Of a stretch of 64,000 nucleotides of DNA, positions 51,201 through 60,910 are shown piece after piece. The position numbers were made by a program, and so were the translations under genes. This stretch comes from Fimicolochytrium jonesii (Eukaryota), in NCBI RefSeq assembly GCF_025526975.1, contig NW_026515671.1, positions 1,426,001-1,490,000 of the forward strand. Direction: 5' to 3'. The number at the start of each line of letters is the position of its first letter. Within the stretch, counting starts at the first letter, position 1. The notes under the pieces are model-generated. The model saw nothing but the letters and a program-made list of their open reading frames with translations, searched no databases and was not told the origin of the DNA.

Positions 51201-52784
51201 GTTGGGGAGGGTTTCGTCCTTGACGCCCTTTGCTGGTGACCCGGCATCTTTCTCGTCGGTTGAGTCGGCTATCAGCAGTTGTTCAGTCTGGAATTTATAC
51301 AGTTCGTTCGGGCTGTCTCGTAATCGGTGGTTGTATGTGACGTCGTGGAAGAATCCCTGAGCGTCCAACGCCCTTCCAAGTAAAAGACATAGATTTCGGT
51401 CGCTGCTTTTGATGATGGTCGACAGGATATCCTGTTGAAAGAGAGACAATAATCAATAGGTGTGCTACATAGACTGCGAATCCGATACTTGACGTACGAC
51501 TGCATCCCTCCCAATAAAGCAATCGGTATATTCCAGCGAATCCTTGTACCGACTTGCGGTCGGCACGAGCTTCCGGAAGACATATGCGACTTGGGAAAGG
51601 ATGGCCGGATAGTATGTAAAGTCGTCGATCAACGCACGGGAGCTTCTCCGAGAGCTATTTCTAGTGACTTCGAGACTGGAGCCAGAGTCCCCGGACCCTG
51701 GAGGAGAGCGAGTCAGGCCTAAATCGGAATTTATCAGCATCAAACGGTGGCACGGGCAAACGTTTTGTGAATCTGGCAGTTGTGAAAATACGGTACCTTG
51801 CGAGTATGAGGAGAAAATGGCAGCCGGCGGGTATGCTCGACTCATCCGCTGCGGAAGCCGAGGTTCGGCCGGCGGGAAAGCACTGAGTGATTCAACAGAT
51901 TGCCGAGGTGGCAATGCGGGCTGGGACGCATGCAGATGTTGGCCCATCTGCTGATGGGATGCCTGACGTTGATGTAACTGTCGAGCTAGATGAGGTGCAC
52001 TGGTAGAACGCTGTTGCGGCGAAAGAGGTGTTGGTGAAACGGAAGGGTATGGTGGTGGTTGGTAGATTTGACTGGAATGGGAATGAGGTAATGGTTGTGG
52101 TGGAGGTCGGAGTTGCTGTTGTGGGTAATGCGGTGGTTGCATGCGAGGGCGTGGTTGTTGGATGTTGTGGTGGTATGGGTACGGCGGGGGCGGTAGTCTC
52201 TGATCGTATTGTGGCGCAAATTCAGACGGCCGTTGGTGAGCGGGGTACTCCTCCTGCTGAGGCGACATGACATATGGAGCAGCATACATAGGTGGGGGCC
52301 GGGATTGCAGGGTCGAGGATCTCTGCGGGATTACCATTTGCGAGGGATGCACATACGGCCGTTGCGGTTGGTTCAGAGGTGGTGCAGGAAACCGGTAGAC
52401 AGATCCTGGAGGTGGATATGGGCGCTGATGGGTAACGCCGTGCGGCATATGCTGTGGGGGTGGTTGGGAAAACGGCTGTTGACCATGTTGTGGCATATGT
52501 TGAGGAGGTCCATAAGGCGATTGGGAATAACGCACAGGTAACGGGGCTGGGCCCGTCGGATAACGCTGAGGCTCTCGCGGTGCTACTATGCCTGGCTGAC
52601 CGTGCCCTCCGTCGTCCATTCCTCGGCCTCCTCCATAAGCAGGGTGCCCTTGCTCAGTTGCCGCACGCTGCGGGTACCTATAGTCTTGTGGGACTCCGTT
52701 GGGTTGGGGCATACCGTTCGGCGGTGGCGGGGCATGCCCGCCATTATGTGCATACGAGGCATAGTCCTGGTACGGCCTATCCAT
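48266..52784 (-). CDS. ROM2: Rho1 guanine nucleotide exchange factor, Rom1/Rom2 type (Pro/Gln-rich N-terminus, DEP, DH, PH, CNH), multi-exon
   Basis: KDSLEYTDCFIGRDAV, LGRALDAQGFFHDVTY, CYSPTC..CYSIACP, ERKRQEIIYE, FLARPTTRIGRYPL, YLFDHVLL and CNH-type FLLCYDEFGFYINRFG. Confidence 0.92.
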
Positions 52785-53833
52785 GGTGCCAACCAGACGC
52801 CGCTAGGCACAATATTCGGATAGATCTTATCAGGAACACTCCGTCGTCATCAAGTCTGAAGCCCAGAATATTGTTCTGACTAGTAATTAGTGTCGCTGCT
52901 CTGCGCCTGTGCCGTCGGCCTTCCAGTAGGGACCAATTGGGAAGGAATTGCCTGTCGACTTGGTGGGACCGGTAGTTATTTCGCAGCCGCACAGTGCGTT
53001 GACCCTTCTCAATTACAGACCCGGGCACAGCAGTGCAATGATCTCCAGAATGTCGAAATGTCGTTGCCTGTCGTCGGTTATGGACGGGGCAGTTGGTGGC
53101 GTGAGCTGTGGACTGGTGGAGCTGAGCTTCGAATGTCCTTCGAGGGAGGGATATGCAAGCGCCCGTGTCGCCGTTTGTGGTTCTGTCTTCCGTGTGTGTA
53201 CTGTAACGCCTGTGTTGTTGTGCTGTGAGAGGGGGGAGCTGTGCGTGTGCGCTGGTGGGTCTCTGTGGGCCGCCTCCGTTCTCCGTCCGTTCCTTCACTA
53301 GGAAGTTAGAAGCGGATTGTGATTTCTGATGAGAAGGGAAAGAAGCCTCATCCGGCCACTCGTCGGATCAGGAACGCAACACCGGCGCATTGTGATGAGC
53401 TCATCCTCTGCAATGCGAACACTTCATGCTTGCCCCCCACTCCGAGACCGCACCCACCAAGTTCCCGGGCGGCGCGCTCATGGATTCAATATTCCACGTG
53501 CCAGGGCCCTGAATCAGAAATCCACGAGGGTGCGGCTGATAATCATCCCATTGTGTGCGAAGTGGCGTCCAACTTGATTAATCATCGGCGATCACGTATG
53601 GTCCGCTGAATTGGTTCTTGGTAACCTCAATTCTTGAAACTTAATTAAAGGGTACAATGTTTTGATCATTTTCGACAGCCTGATATAGTGAGCATTTTCC
53701 GATTGCCGTGTTGCTGCTTGCAGATGCAATGCTTCAGATGAACAGTGGTGTCTAGTGTACATGTAAAAAAGCTACGCCGATCTTGCCTTCCTCCCCCCCT
53801 TCCAAGAATCTCTCCATAGACCGTCCCATTCCC

Positions 53834-55258
53834 TCACAGCTTGGCTTTACACCCCTCCTCCAACCTAAACACCTTCCCAGGATTCATAATCCCATGCGGA
53901 TCCAACGCCCTCTTAATGCTCCTCATAACCTCCACCGCATCCTCCCCAAGCTCCATAACCAACGCCTCCCGCTTCCCCTTCCCAATCCCATGCTCGCCCG
54001 TACACGTCCCATCCAGCTCCAAAGCCTTCTTGATCAATCCATCGCGAAACCCCTCCACGCGTCCGGATTCTTCATGGTTAGACGGGTCAAAGAGCACAAA
54101 GCAGTGAAAGTTCCCGTCACCCGCGTGCGCGACTATAGGCGAGGTGAGACCGTATTGTGCGATAAGCGCATGGGTATGGTGCAGCATCGTCTGCAGTTGA
54201 GAAATGGGAACAGCAACGTCGGTGGTCAATATCGCGCAGTTGGGTAAATCGGGACGTAACGCTTTACTCGCGAAAAACGCTTTCTTGCGTATCGACCACA
54301 GTTTCTCGCTCTCCCTCGCTGAATACCCGCCGAATCTGTACGCGGATACCCCGTGCGTGCTCGACAATGTCTCGCATTGCCGCGAGTCGTTGGCGAGCTG
54401 CTCCATCGTCGGCCCCGCAAACTCGAGTAAGAGCGTCGTCACCTCCGGCCACGCTTCGTCGTTCGCGATATTCACGCTCCGGATACACAACGCGTCCATA
54501 AGCTCGATCCGGTTCAACGTCGGCGGGCCTTCCAGCACCAGTTTCTGCACATACACACACGCGAGATCCAGGGTCGGGAACTGCACCATCGCCACGCTCG
54601 TACACCTCGGTATCCTCCTCAACCGCAAGATCGCCCGACTCACAACCCCCAACGTCCCCTCCGACCCCACCAACAGTCTCGTCAAATCATACCCCGCACT
54701 CGACTTGGTAACCCTCTTGCGCGTCGTAATCACCCTCCCATCCGCAAGCACGACCCGCAACCCAAGCACGTTATCCTTCATCGTCCCGTACTTCCACGCC
54801 AGCGTTCCCGAACAGTTCGTCCCGCACATCCCCCCGATACACGCCGCGGCGCCCGGGTCGGGGGGGAAGAAGAGCCCGAGGTCCCGTAACTCGGCATTGA
54901 GTTCCATCCACCCGACGCCGGGCTCAACTGTCACCGCTAGATCGTCCTTGTGTACTGCGATGACCGAATCCATTTTCGAGATGTCTATAATCACCGGTTT
55001 GACACCCTTTTCGGGGATGACGTGGCCCTCAAGTGATGACCCGGCGGCATAGGGGACGACGGGGAGGCGGTGGGTGTTGCAGATGGAGAGGATGGTGGAG
55101 ATGTCGGCTTCGGATTCGGGGTGGGCGATGGCGAGCGGCGGGTAAGGGGTGTGGTAGCTGTTGTCCTTGGAATGGCGGGTGAGGGATTTGGCGTCGAGGG
55201 TAATTTTGGGGCCGAGGGCTTGGAGGAGTTCTGTGATGGCTGCTTGGTGGGAGGTCAT
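53834..55258 (-). CDS. FAD-linked D-lactate dehydrogenase (Dld1/GlcD family), intronless
   Basis: AGSSLEGH, FPPDPG, IGGMCGTNCSG, KSSAGYDLTRLLVGSEGTLG, HAGDGNFH, TGEHGIG and DPHGIMNPGK; first ATG at 55258. Confidence 0.92.
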   Translation of the reverse strand: MTSHQAAITELLQALGPKITLDAKSLTRHSKDNSYHTPYPPLAIAHPESEADISTILSICNTHRLPVVPYAAGSSLEGHVIPEKGVKPVIIDISKMDSVIAVHKDDLAVTVEPGVGWMELNAELRDLGLFFPPDPGAAACIGGMCGTNCSGTLAWKYGTMKDNVLGLRVVLADGRVITTRKRVTKSSAGYDLTRLLVGSEGTLGVVSRAILRLRRIPRCTSVAMVQFPTLDLACVYVQKLVLEGPPTLNRIELMDALCIRSVNIANDEAWPEVTTLLLEFAGPTMEQLANDSRQCETLSSTHGVSAYRFGGYSARESEKLWSIRKKAFFASKALRPDLPNCAILTTDVAVPISQLQTMLHHTHALIAQYGLTSPIVAHAGDGNFHCFVLFDPSNHEESGRVEGFRDGLIKKALELDGTCTGEHGIGKGKREALVMELGEDAVEVMRSIKRALDPHGIMNPGKVFRLEEGCKAKL

Positions 55259-55578
55259 TGTTGTGGCGGTCAACCGAGAGGTAGGAGAGGGAGGTTTTCG
55301 ATAGAACTATGTAGGTTTGGTTGCAGCTCTAATGGCAAAGTCCGCGAGGTATTGTCTGCGGCTTTCCGATGTCCAGAGCTGGCAGTAGTGATTCAACAGC
55401 CCAAATATGTATGTATGTACGCTAGGGGGTCGTCCCGCAGTGGGATATCCCGCGTCCCGTCCCGTCCCATCCTGCACGGGACGGGATGCAGGACCGCCGC
55501 AAAAATCCTGCGGGAATCCCGCGGGACTGCCTTGACAGCATTTCAACAGCATTTCGACATGGTGGAAGCAGCAAGCCC

Positions 55579-55605
55579 CCCTAACCTAACCCTACCCTAA
55601 CCCTA
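55579..55605 (+). repeat. Degenerate telomere-like (CCCTAA)n tract inside the MITE
   Basis: ccctaa cctaa cccta ccctaa cccta. Confidence 0.7.
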
Positions 55606-55622
55606 TGGGCAGTTGACCCTGT

Positions 55623-55897
55623 TGAGGTTGGCACTCCACAGGCATCTAGAAGAGTACCTATCTCGGGCGTGCAGACGGTCTTAGAGTCTAATTCCTGCTG
55701 GCTAGTCTCGTTTTCATGTTATCAGTTACTAATTGTTTTACTAATTGTTTTACCGTGGTAGACTTTTTAACTCTGATTTGACCCAGATGAGGTTGGCACT
55801 GCACAGGCATCTAGAAGAGTACCTATCTGGGGCGTGCAGACGGTCTTAGAGTCTAATTCCTGCTGGCTAGTCTCGTTTTCATGTTACCAGTTACTAA
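55623..55897 (+). repeat. 110-bp direct repeat pair inside the MITE (55623-55732 and 55788-55897)
   Basis: tgaggttggcact...gttactaa occurs twice with 3 mismatches by eye. Confidence 0.92.
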
Positions 55898-56124
55898 AGA
55901 CTCGTGTTTGGGTGTGCTTGAGCGGGACCGGGATATCCTGCGGGACGTCCCGCGTCCTGCGGGACAGGACGCGGGACCAGCAAATCCCGTCCCATCCCGC
56001 GCAGGACGACCCCCTAATGTACGCGCAGTAACTGTGACACGCAAAGCCTCACAGCCTACAGGAGCCTCGTTCTTTCAGTACAGTACAGCCAATACCAAAT
56101 ACGCCGATGTTCTACTCCACCGCC

Positions 56125-58331
56125 CTACTCTCCCTCCTTCTCCTGCCCCTGCCCCTGCCCCTCACTCCCCCTCCCCCCAACCAACTCCCCCGAATGCCTA
56201 ACCGCCTCAACCGGCCGCTTCTTCCACCGCATCAAAAACCCCTGCACCTGCGCAATACTCAACGTCCGTTCAGGCACCGCGTCAGCAAACTCCTCCGCTA
56301 ACCTCCTCAACGTCTTTGTATCTACCACATCCCCCTCACTATCACAAACTCCCTCACCCTCTTTCCCAACCACATGCGGAAAAAACTGCACAAACAACTC
56401 CCTGATCTGAAACCGCGTCGCCAGATCCAGCCACACCCTCACATCCACCCGTCCAGGTCTGATCAGAGCCGGGTCCAGTTTCTCGAGGTGGTTGGTGGTC
56501 ATGCACAATAATCGGCCTTCCTGGGCGGCTACGCCATCGATGGCGTTGAGGAGGCCGGAGAAGGTTACGTTTGTTGGTGTTGTTGTTGGGGTTGGCGTGG
56601 GGGAGGGGGAGAGGGAGGGCGTGCGGGAGATGAAGGCGGCGTCGATGTCTTCGAGGAGGAGGATGCAGCGGGGGGGCGTGTCGACCATTAGTTCTGTTAG
56701 GGCTGGTGGGGATGTATGGGAGTAGGTTAGCCGATTTACGATCTCGGGCGGTCGACATTCTTCACTTTGAGCTGAAACCACTTACTCTCATCGGTTAGTC
56801 CGCGATTGGCTAGGCTAATTACGTAGATATTGAGCTTGAGCTCTCCCGCAAGGGCTGAAGAAAAGAGTTCGAAATCAATATCTCCCTGCATATCAAGCCG
56901 GAGCGAAAACCCGACAAGGCGTCCCTCACCAGTAACAAAACTCGTCTTCCCCGTCCCAGGCGATCCATAAAACATATACCCCCTCCGATACGGGATCCCC
57001 CTATCCGCATACCACTTCTCACTCCCCAAAAACTCCCTCACATCCCTCACAACGCCCTCTTTGACGCCCTCATCCAGCACAATCGTGCTCAAGGGTCGGA
57101 TCGGGCGAGACCTGATCCGGCGCCAGCTGCCGTACTGATCCGCGGAGTAGATCACGGTCCTGCAACGGTCCTTCTCGACCCAGAGCCGGCGGGCTTCGTG
57201 CACGAGGGATTCGAGGATGGCGCGGTTGCGGCCTAGGGAGTTAATGGTGAGGCGTTCAGGGAGAGGGGAGGAGGTGGTGCTGGCGGGACCGGATTTTGGG
57301 CGCTCGCGGGAGAGCCAGAGGAGGCGGTTTTGGAAGGTGAAGATGTGGGTTCCTGTGATGTGTGAAGGGGAGAAGTTGGATGATGTGATTGATGAGGGGA
57401 GTGGTGGCGTGCGCAATGGGTCATACCTGGTGAGGGAAGGAAGTAGACACGTGGCAGGCCGACGTTGGCGTCAGCCTCGTCCGCTTCCGTTTTCTGTCCC
57501 GGGCGGATGGATGTCGTGACGCTGAATCGTGTCGTTCTGGCAGCAAGAAGCGATGTTAAAGTTCAAAATCTGTTCCGCAAACGCCAGTTTGCTTCCTCGC
57601 GGTACCTCTTCGACATGGGATGGTCGGCAAGGTAGGACATCAGCCAGCTGCAATTCACTAGATGTCAGCACTCTTTCACTGTCCACGTAGTTGCGACGAA
57701 CCCATTCCTCACCTGTAAGCCTCATCCCTGTTCATCCAGGGAAATATAAGCACGACAGCCATCAGCATGGGTGCAATCCATCTCGAACTACAATCTGTCA
57801 CGCTAGATGAGCCAACCTGCTCTCAAATTCCGCGCTGACCTTCAGCCAGAACACTTTAGTGAGCGACGCGAGGGACGAGGTGAGCAACGGGCGAAGGTGT
57901 GACACCTACAATCAACTGCTTTTGCAGAAACTCCAGGAAGTAACGCCACAGCACGCTAAAGCTCCCAACAGCCGCTCCAACGACCGCCAGCGTCAATCCT
58001 GAGAGGACGTGTTCACTTCGCATAAGCATTGAGCACCCAATACTCTCTCCAGAGCGGCTCCCAATATCCCAATAGTACCTCCAGTAGCAAACTGGTTGCC
58101 CTCAATCCCCACTTTCGCCGCAAAGCTCTGCACCAGCGACGTCACCATCCCCACCGTTCCATCACCGGCATCGCCAGTTGGGCCCGTCGACAGCGTCCGT
58201 AGGAAGGGAGAGTGGCCAAGAATTAGGGCACCGGCGCCACCACCGGCGGCGGAGAATGCCGGATGGCGTGGAAAGCCGCGGAGACCGAGTCGGAGTTGGG
58301 ACATTGTGCGGGGGTTGAGGCGATGGAGCAT
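56125..58331 (-). CDS. BCS1: Mitochondrial AAA chaperone Bcs1, multi-exon
   Basis: GNQFATGG, RPLSTIVLD, WYADRGIPYRRGYMFYGSPGTGKTS, ILLLEDID, VTFSGLLNAIDGV, LDPALIRPGRVD and SIAQVQGFL. Confidence 0.92.
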
Positions 58332-58839
58332 TAGGAAGGGGGCAAGGAAGACGGGGCTCTCTGTCCCCCAGGCGGCAATGAAAAACGCTGCAGTCTGAGA
58401 GGCCAAACGCTAAACACTCAAGCAGGTCCTTCAAACCACGGTGCAGCCTGTTTCCGTACAGTAATACGTATCCAGCTTGTCCCGCCTGCAGTTCGTTCAA
58501 CGTCCCAACCCCTTTTGGAGAAGACACGCGAATGAGAGTGACTCACTGACTAGGGGGCGGGAGGTCGGAGGGCGCGGGGTGGCGCAGGCGTGGCGCAGCG
58601 AGTGGAGCATGCCGTCACTGGTTTCATCACAAGATTCGGACACCGGCCTTTCCCTTTCCCTGTCAAAACGGTGTCCTTTTCCCTTGCATCATCGCTTCAA
58701 TAGGCAGCCCCTTCGTGCGTTACTCTCGCTCACTCGTCCAGCAGTCATATTATAGCAGGGCACTGAGAGCACTAGTCGGCCGTCGCAGCAGACGAGGCAG
58801 TCTTACCGCTCCAACATCGCCCTTCCCCTCCTCCCCAAG

Positions 58840-60417
58840 ATGACGACCGCCGGCCCGCTGTCAAGCACTAGCACCAGCACATTCCGCACCTCGCCACTAG
58901 CCACCACAACCCCCCGCGCAAGAGTCCGTCGAAGCCTGCCAGCCACCGCCAACCTCTCCCTCGCACCCCTCACTCCTCCCCCTAGCGTCACCGTCATGAC
59001 CGACCCCAACCGCGACGAAATCCCTTTCTCGCGCCACAGACATCGCTCCACCTGCGATGCATGCAAACTCCGCGCGGAACGCATAGCCGAAGCCAAGGCA
59101 AAGGTGCAGACGATTCAGGCGGAGAGGCAGCAGCAGTTGAAGTTGGTAGTCACTGCGCGGTCGCCGCAGAAAAGAGCTGGCGCGTTTGATGTGAGCGTCA
59201 CACCTCCGGTGACGCGGACGCGAAGCAGGTCGTTCACGTCAGTGGCGGCGAAAGTGGATAGCGGGTTGAGAAGTCCGGTGTCGTCGTCGCCTAGGGGGTC
59301 GAAGAGTCGGCCGAGATCTGTCGCCGACGTGCCTTTTACGGTGGCTGCTGATGCGGAGCTTAGCGCTGCCGGACATGTCGCAGCAGCAGCTGAGCCGGCG
59401 GGTACGGACTTGCATGGCCCACGAGTCCTTACACCTGATGCTCAGGCTTCCGTGTCCGTTTTGAAAGAGGAAGAGGGCAAGTCGCTTCTTCCATCCCCAG
59501 CCCAATCACCATCAACCGAGCACCTTCCCTATGCTGATGTCAAAGGTTCCGAATCAGCGGTGTCGGCGTGCGATGTTCATATCGAAGGAGCAGCAGTCTC
59601 GATCCCCATGTCCATCATACTCCCTGTCGTGGAAGACGCGAAAATCACGGTAGTAGAAGGGCCAACACCTGCTGGCAGCGTACGAGACGTCGATACAGCG
59701 GAAGGACAGATGGGCGTACCCGAGTCTCCGGCGGTGCAGCCACCGGCCAGCGCCATCGTTATCTCACAGATACTCCCCATTGCAGAAGGCGCTGAACATA
59801 GCATCTTCATGACGGAAGACGAGAAAACTGCAACAATCATCGACTGTCACCACCCCATACCCTTATCAGCAATAGCCGTATCTGACGGCGACTCGATCGA
59901 AAGTCCTACAACCGTCCAAGCGGCCCTTGATACGGCAAACAACAACCAAGAAGCGCATGTGAAAGAGTCCAACAACACCGCATCAAACCCATCACCCCAA
60001 CCCACTCCGCGCCCCCCGCGCCGCCCCCGCGTCGACATAACCAACCTAACCGCCGTCTCCACGCACTTCCAAACCGCCTCCACAACCCTCCTCTCCCTCC
60101 AATCCCGCACCACCACCCCCACCCATCTCAAATCCGCATACATAACCACCGCCGAACACCTCACCCACCTCGCCCGCGAACTGTGCGTCTCCTACCGCCC
60201 CCCAGCGGACGCGTGCACCGACCCCGTCCTACGCAAGCAGCTCACGACGGATTTGGAGCAGGTGGAGGTGCTGGCGGTGCAGCTGGGGGCTGTGACGAGG
60301 CGCGTCAAGGCAAGTGAGGTGGCGGATTGTGATGGAGTTGCGGTGTGTGCACGGAATTTGGTGGGGAGGTGTTTGAGGGCGGTGGATGCGTTGAAGGCTG
60401 TGGGGATCAGGCTTTGA
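58840..60417 (+). CDS. Protein with a C-terminal vinculin/alpha-catenin tail (F-actin-binding) domain and a disordered N-terminal region; intronless, 525 aa
   Basis: C-terminal KSAYITTAEHL...ADACTDPVLRKQL..DLEQVEVLAVQL.AVTRRVKAS...VCARNLVGRCLRAVDALKAVGIRL aligns by eye with the vinculin tail KRALIQCAKDI...[34 protein letters not shown]...[24 protein letters not shown]. Confidence 0.72.
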   Translation: MTTAGPLSSTSTSTFRTSPLATTTPRARVRRSLPATANLSLAPLTPPPSVTVMTDPNRDEIPFSRHRHRSTCDACKLRAERIAEAKAKVQTIQAERQQQLKLVVTARSPQKRAGAFDVSVTPPVTRTRSRSFTSVAAKVDSGLRSPVSSSPRGSKSRPRSVADVPFTVAADAELSAAGHVAAAAEPAGTDLHGPRVLTPDAQASVSVLKEEEGKSLLPSPAQSPSTEHLPYADVKGSESAVSACDVHIEGAAVSIPMSIILPVVEDAKITVVEGPTPAGSVRDVDTAEGQMGVPESPAVQPPASAIVISQILPIAEGAEHSIFMTEDEKTATIIDCHHPIPLSAIAVSDGDSIESPTTVQAALDTANNNQEAHVKESNNTASNPSPQPTPRPPRRPRVDITNLTAVSTHFQTASTTLLSLQSRTTTPTHLKSAYITTAEHLTHLARELCVSYRPPADACTDPVLRKQLTTDLEQVEVLAVQLGAVTRRVKASEVADCDGVAVCARNLVGRCLRAVDALKAVGIRL

Positions 60418-60910
60418 GGGTGCGTGTAGTGTAGTGTAGTGGAGGATGACTTTTTCGTTCGGAGTGTAGGGCGTAGGACTGCTGTCTTTTTCTTTTTTAC
60501 GTGTAGATGCTGTTTTTTGAGAGGGTTATGTAATTTCTTGTAGGCCCTAGGTAGTTTGATATCCCTTGGACTATGTGTCGGTGTACTGTATATTCTTTCT
60601 CCATCCCTACGTTTCCCCGACGACGACCGGCGATTGTAATGAACGTATGGAGTTTTCTGCAATCACATATCGGAAAGACGGGTGGATTCGAAATTTGCGG
60701 ATATCGCTTATGAGTTGATTTTCGGACGACTATATACAGTATTCAGTAACATCAAAAGTGTAAAGAGTAGAGAGCTAGCAACCCACAGCTCATTCGCAAC
60801 GCAAAAGCGTAAACACATGAGAATTCAAAAAAGATTCATACACGTTCAACCAAGAGCGACGAATGAGGCTAGGGCCATCAGGTACGAAAGAGGGACAGTG
60901 ATCAAACAAT

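Larger units (their letters stand above)
55423..56016. mobile_element. Non-autonomous hAT-type DNA transposon (MITE), 594 bp
   Basis: TIRs TAGGGGGTCGTCC(C/T)GC at both ends, an exact 8-bp TSD atgtacgc at 55415-55422 and 56017-56024, dense subterminal GTCCCG/CGGGAC motifs, and no transposase ORF. Confidence 0.92.

Noticed and set aside
48266..60417. Functional linkage between the RhoGEF and the vinculin-tail gene
   Set aside because: They are separated by DLD and Bcs1, and proximity alone is uninformative in a eukaryote without conserved synteny.
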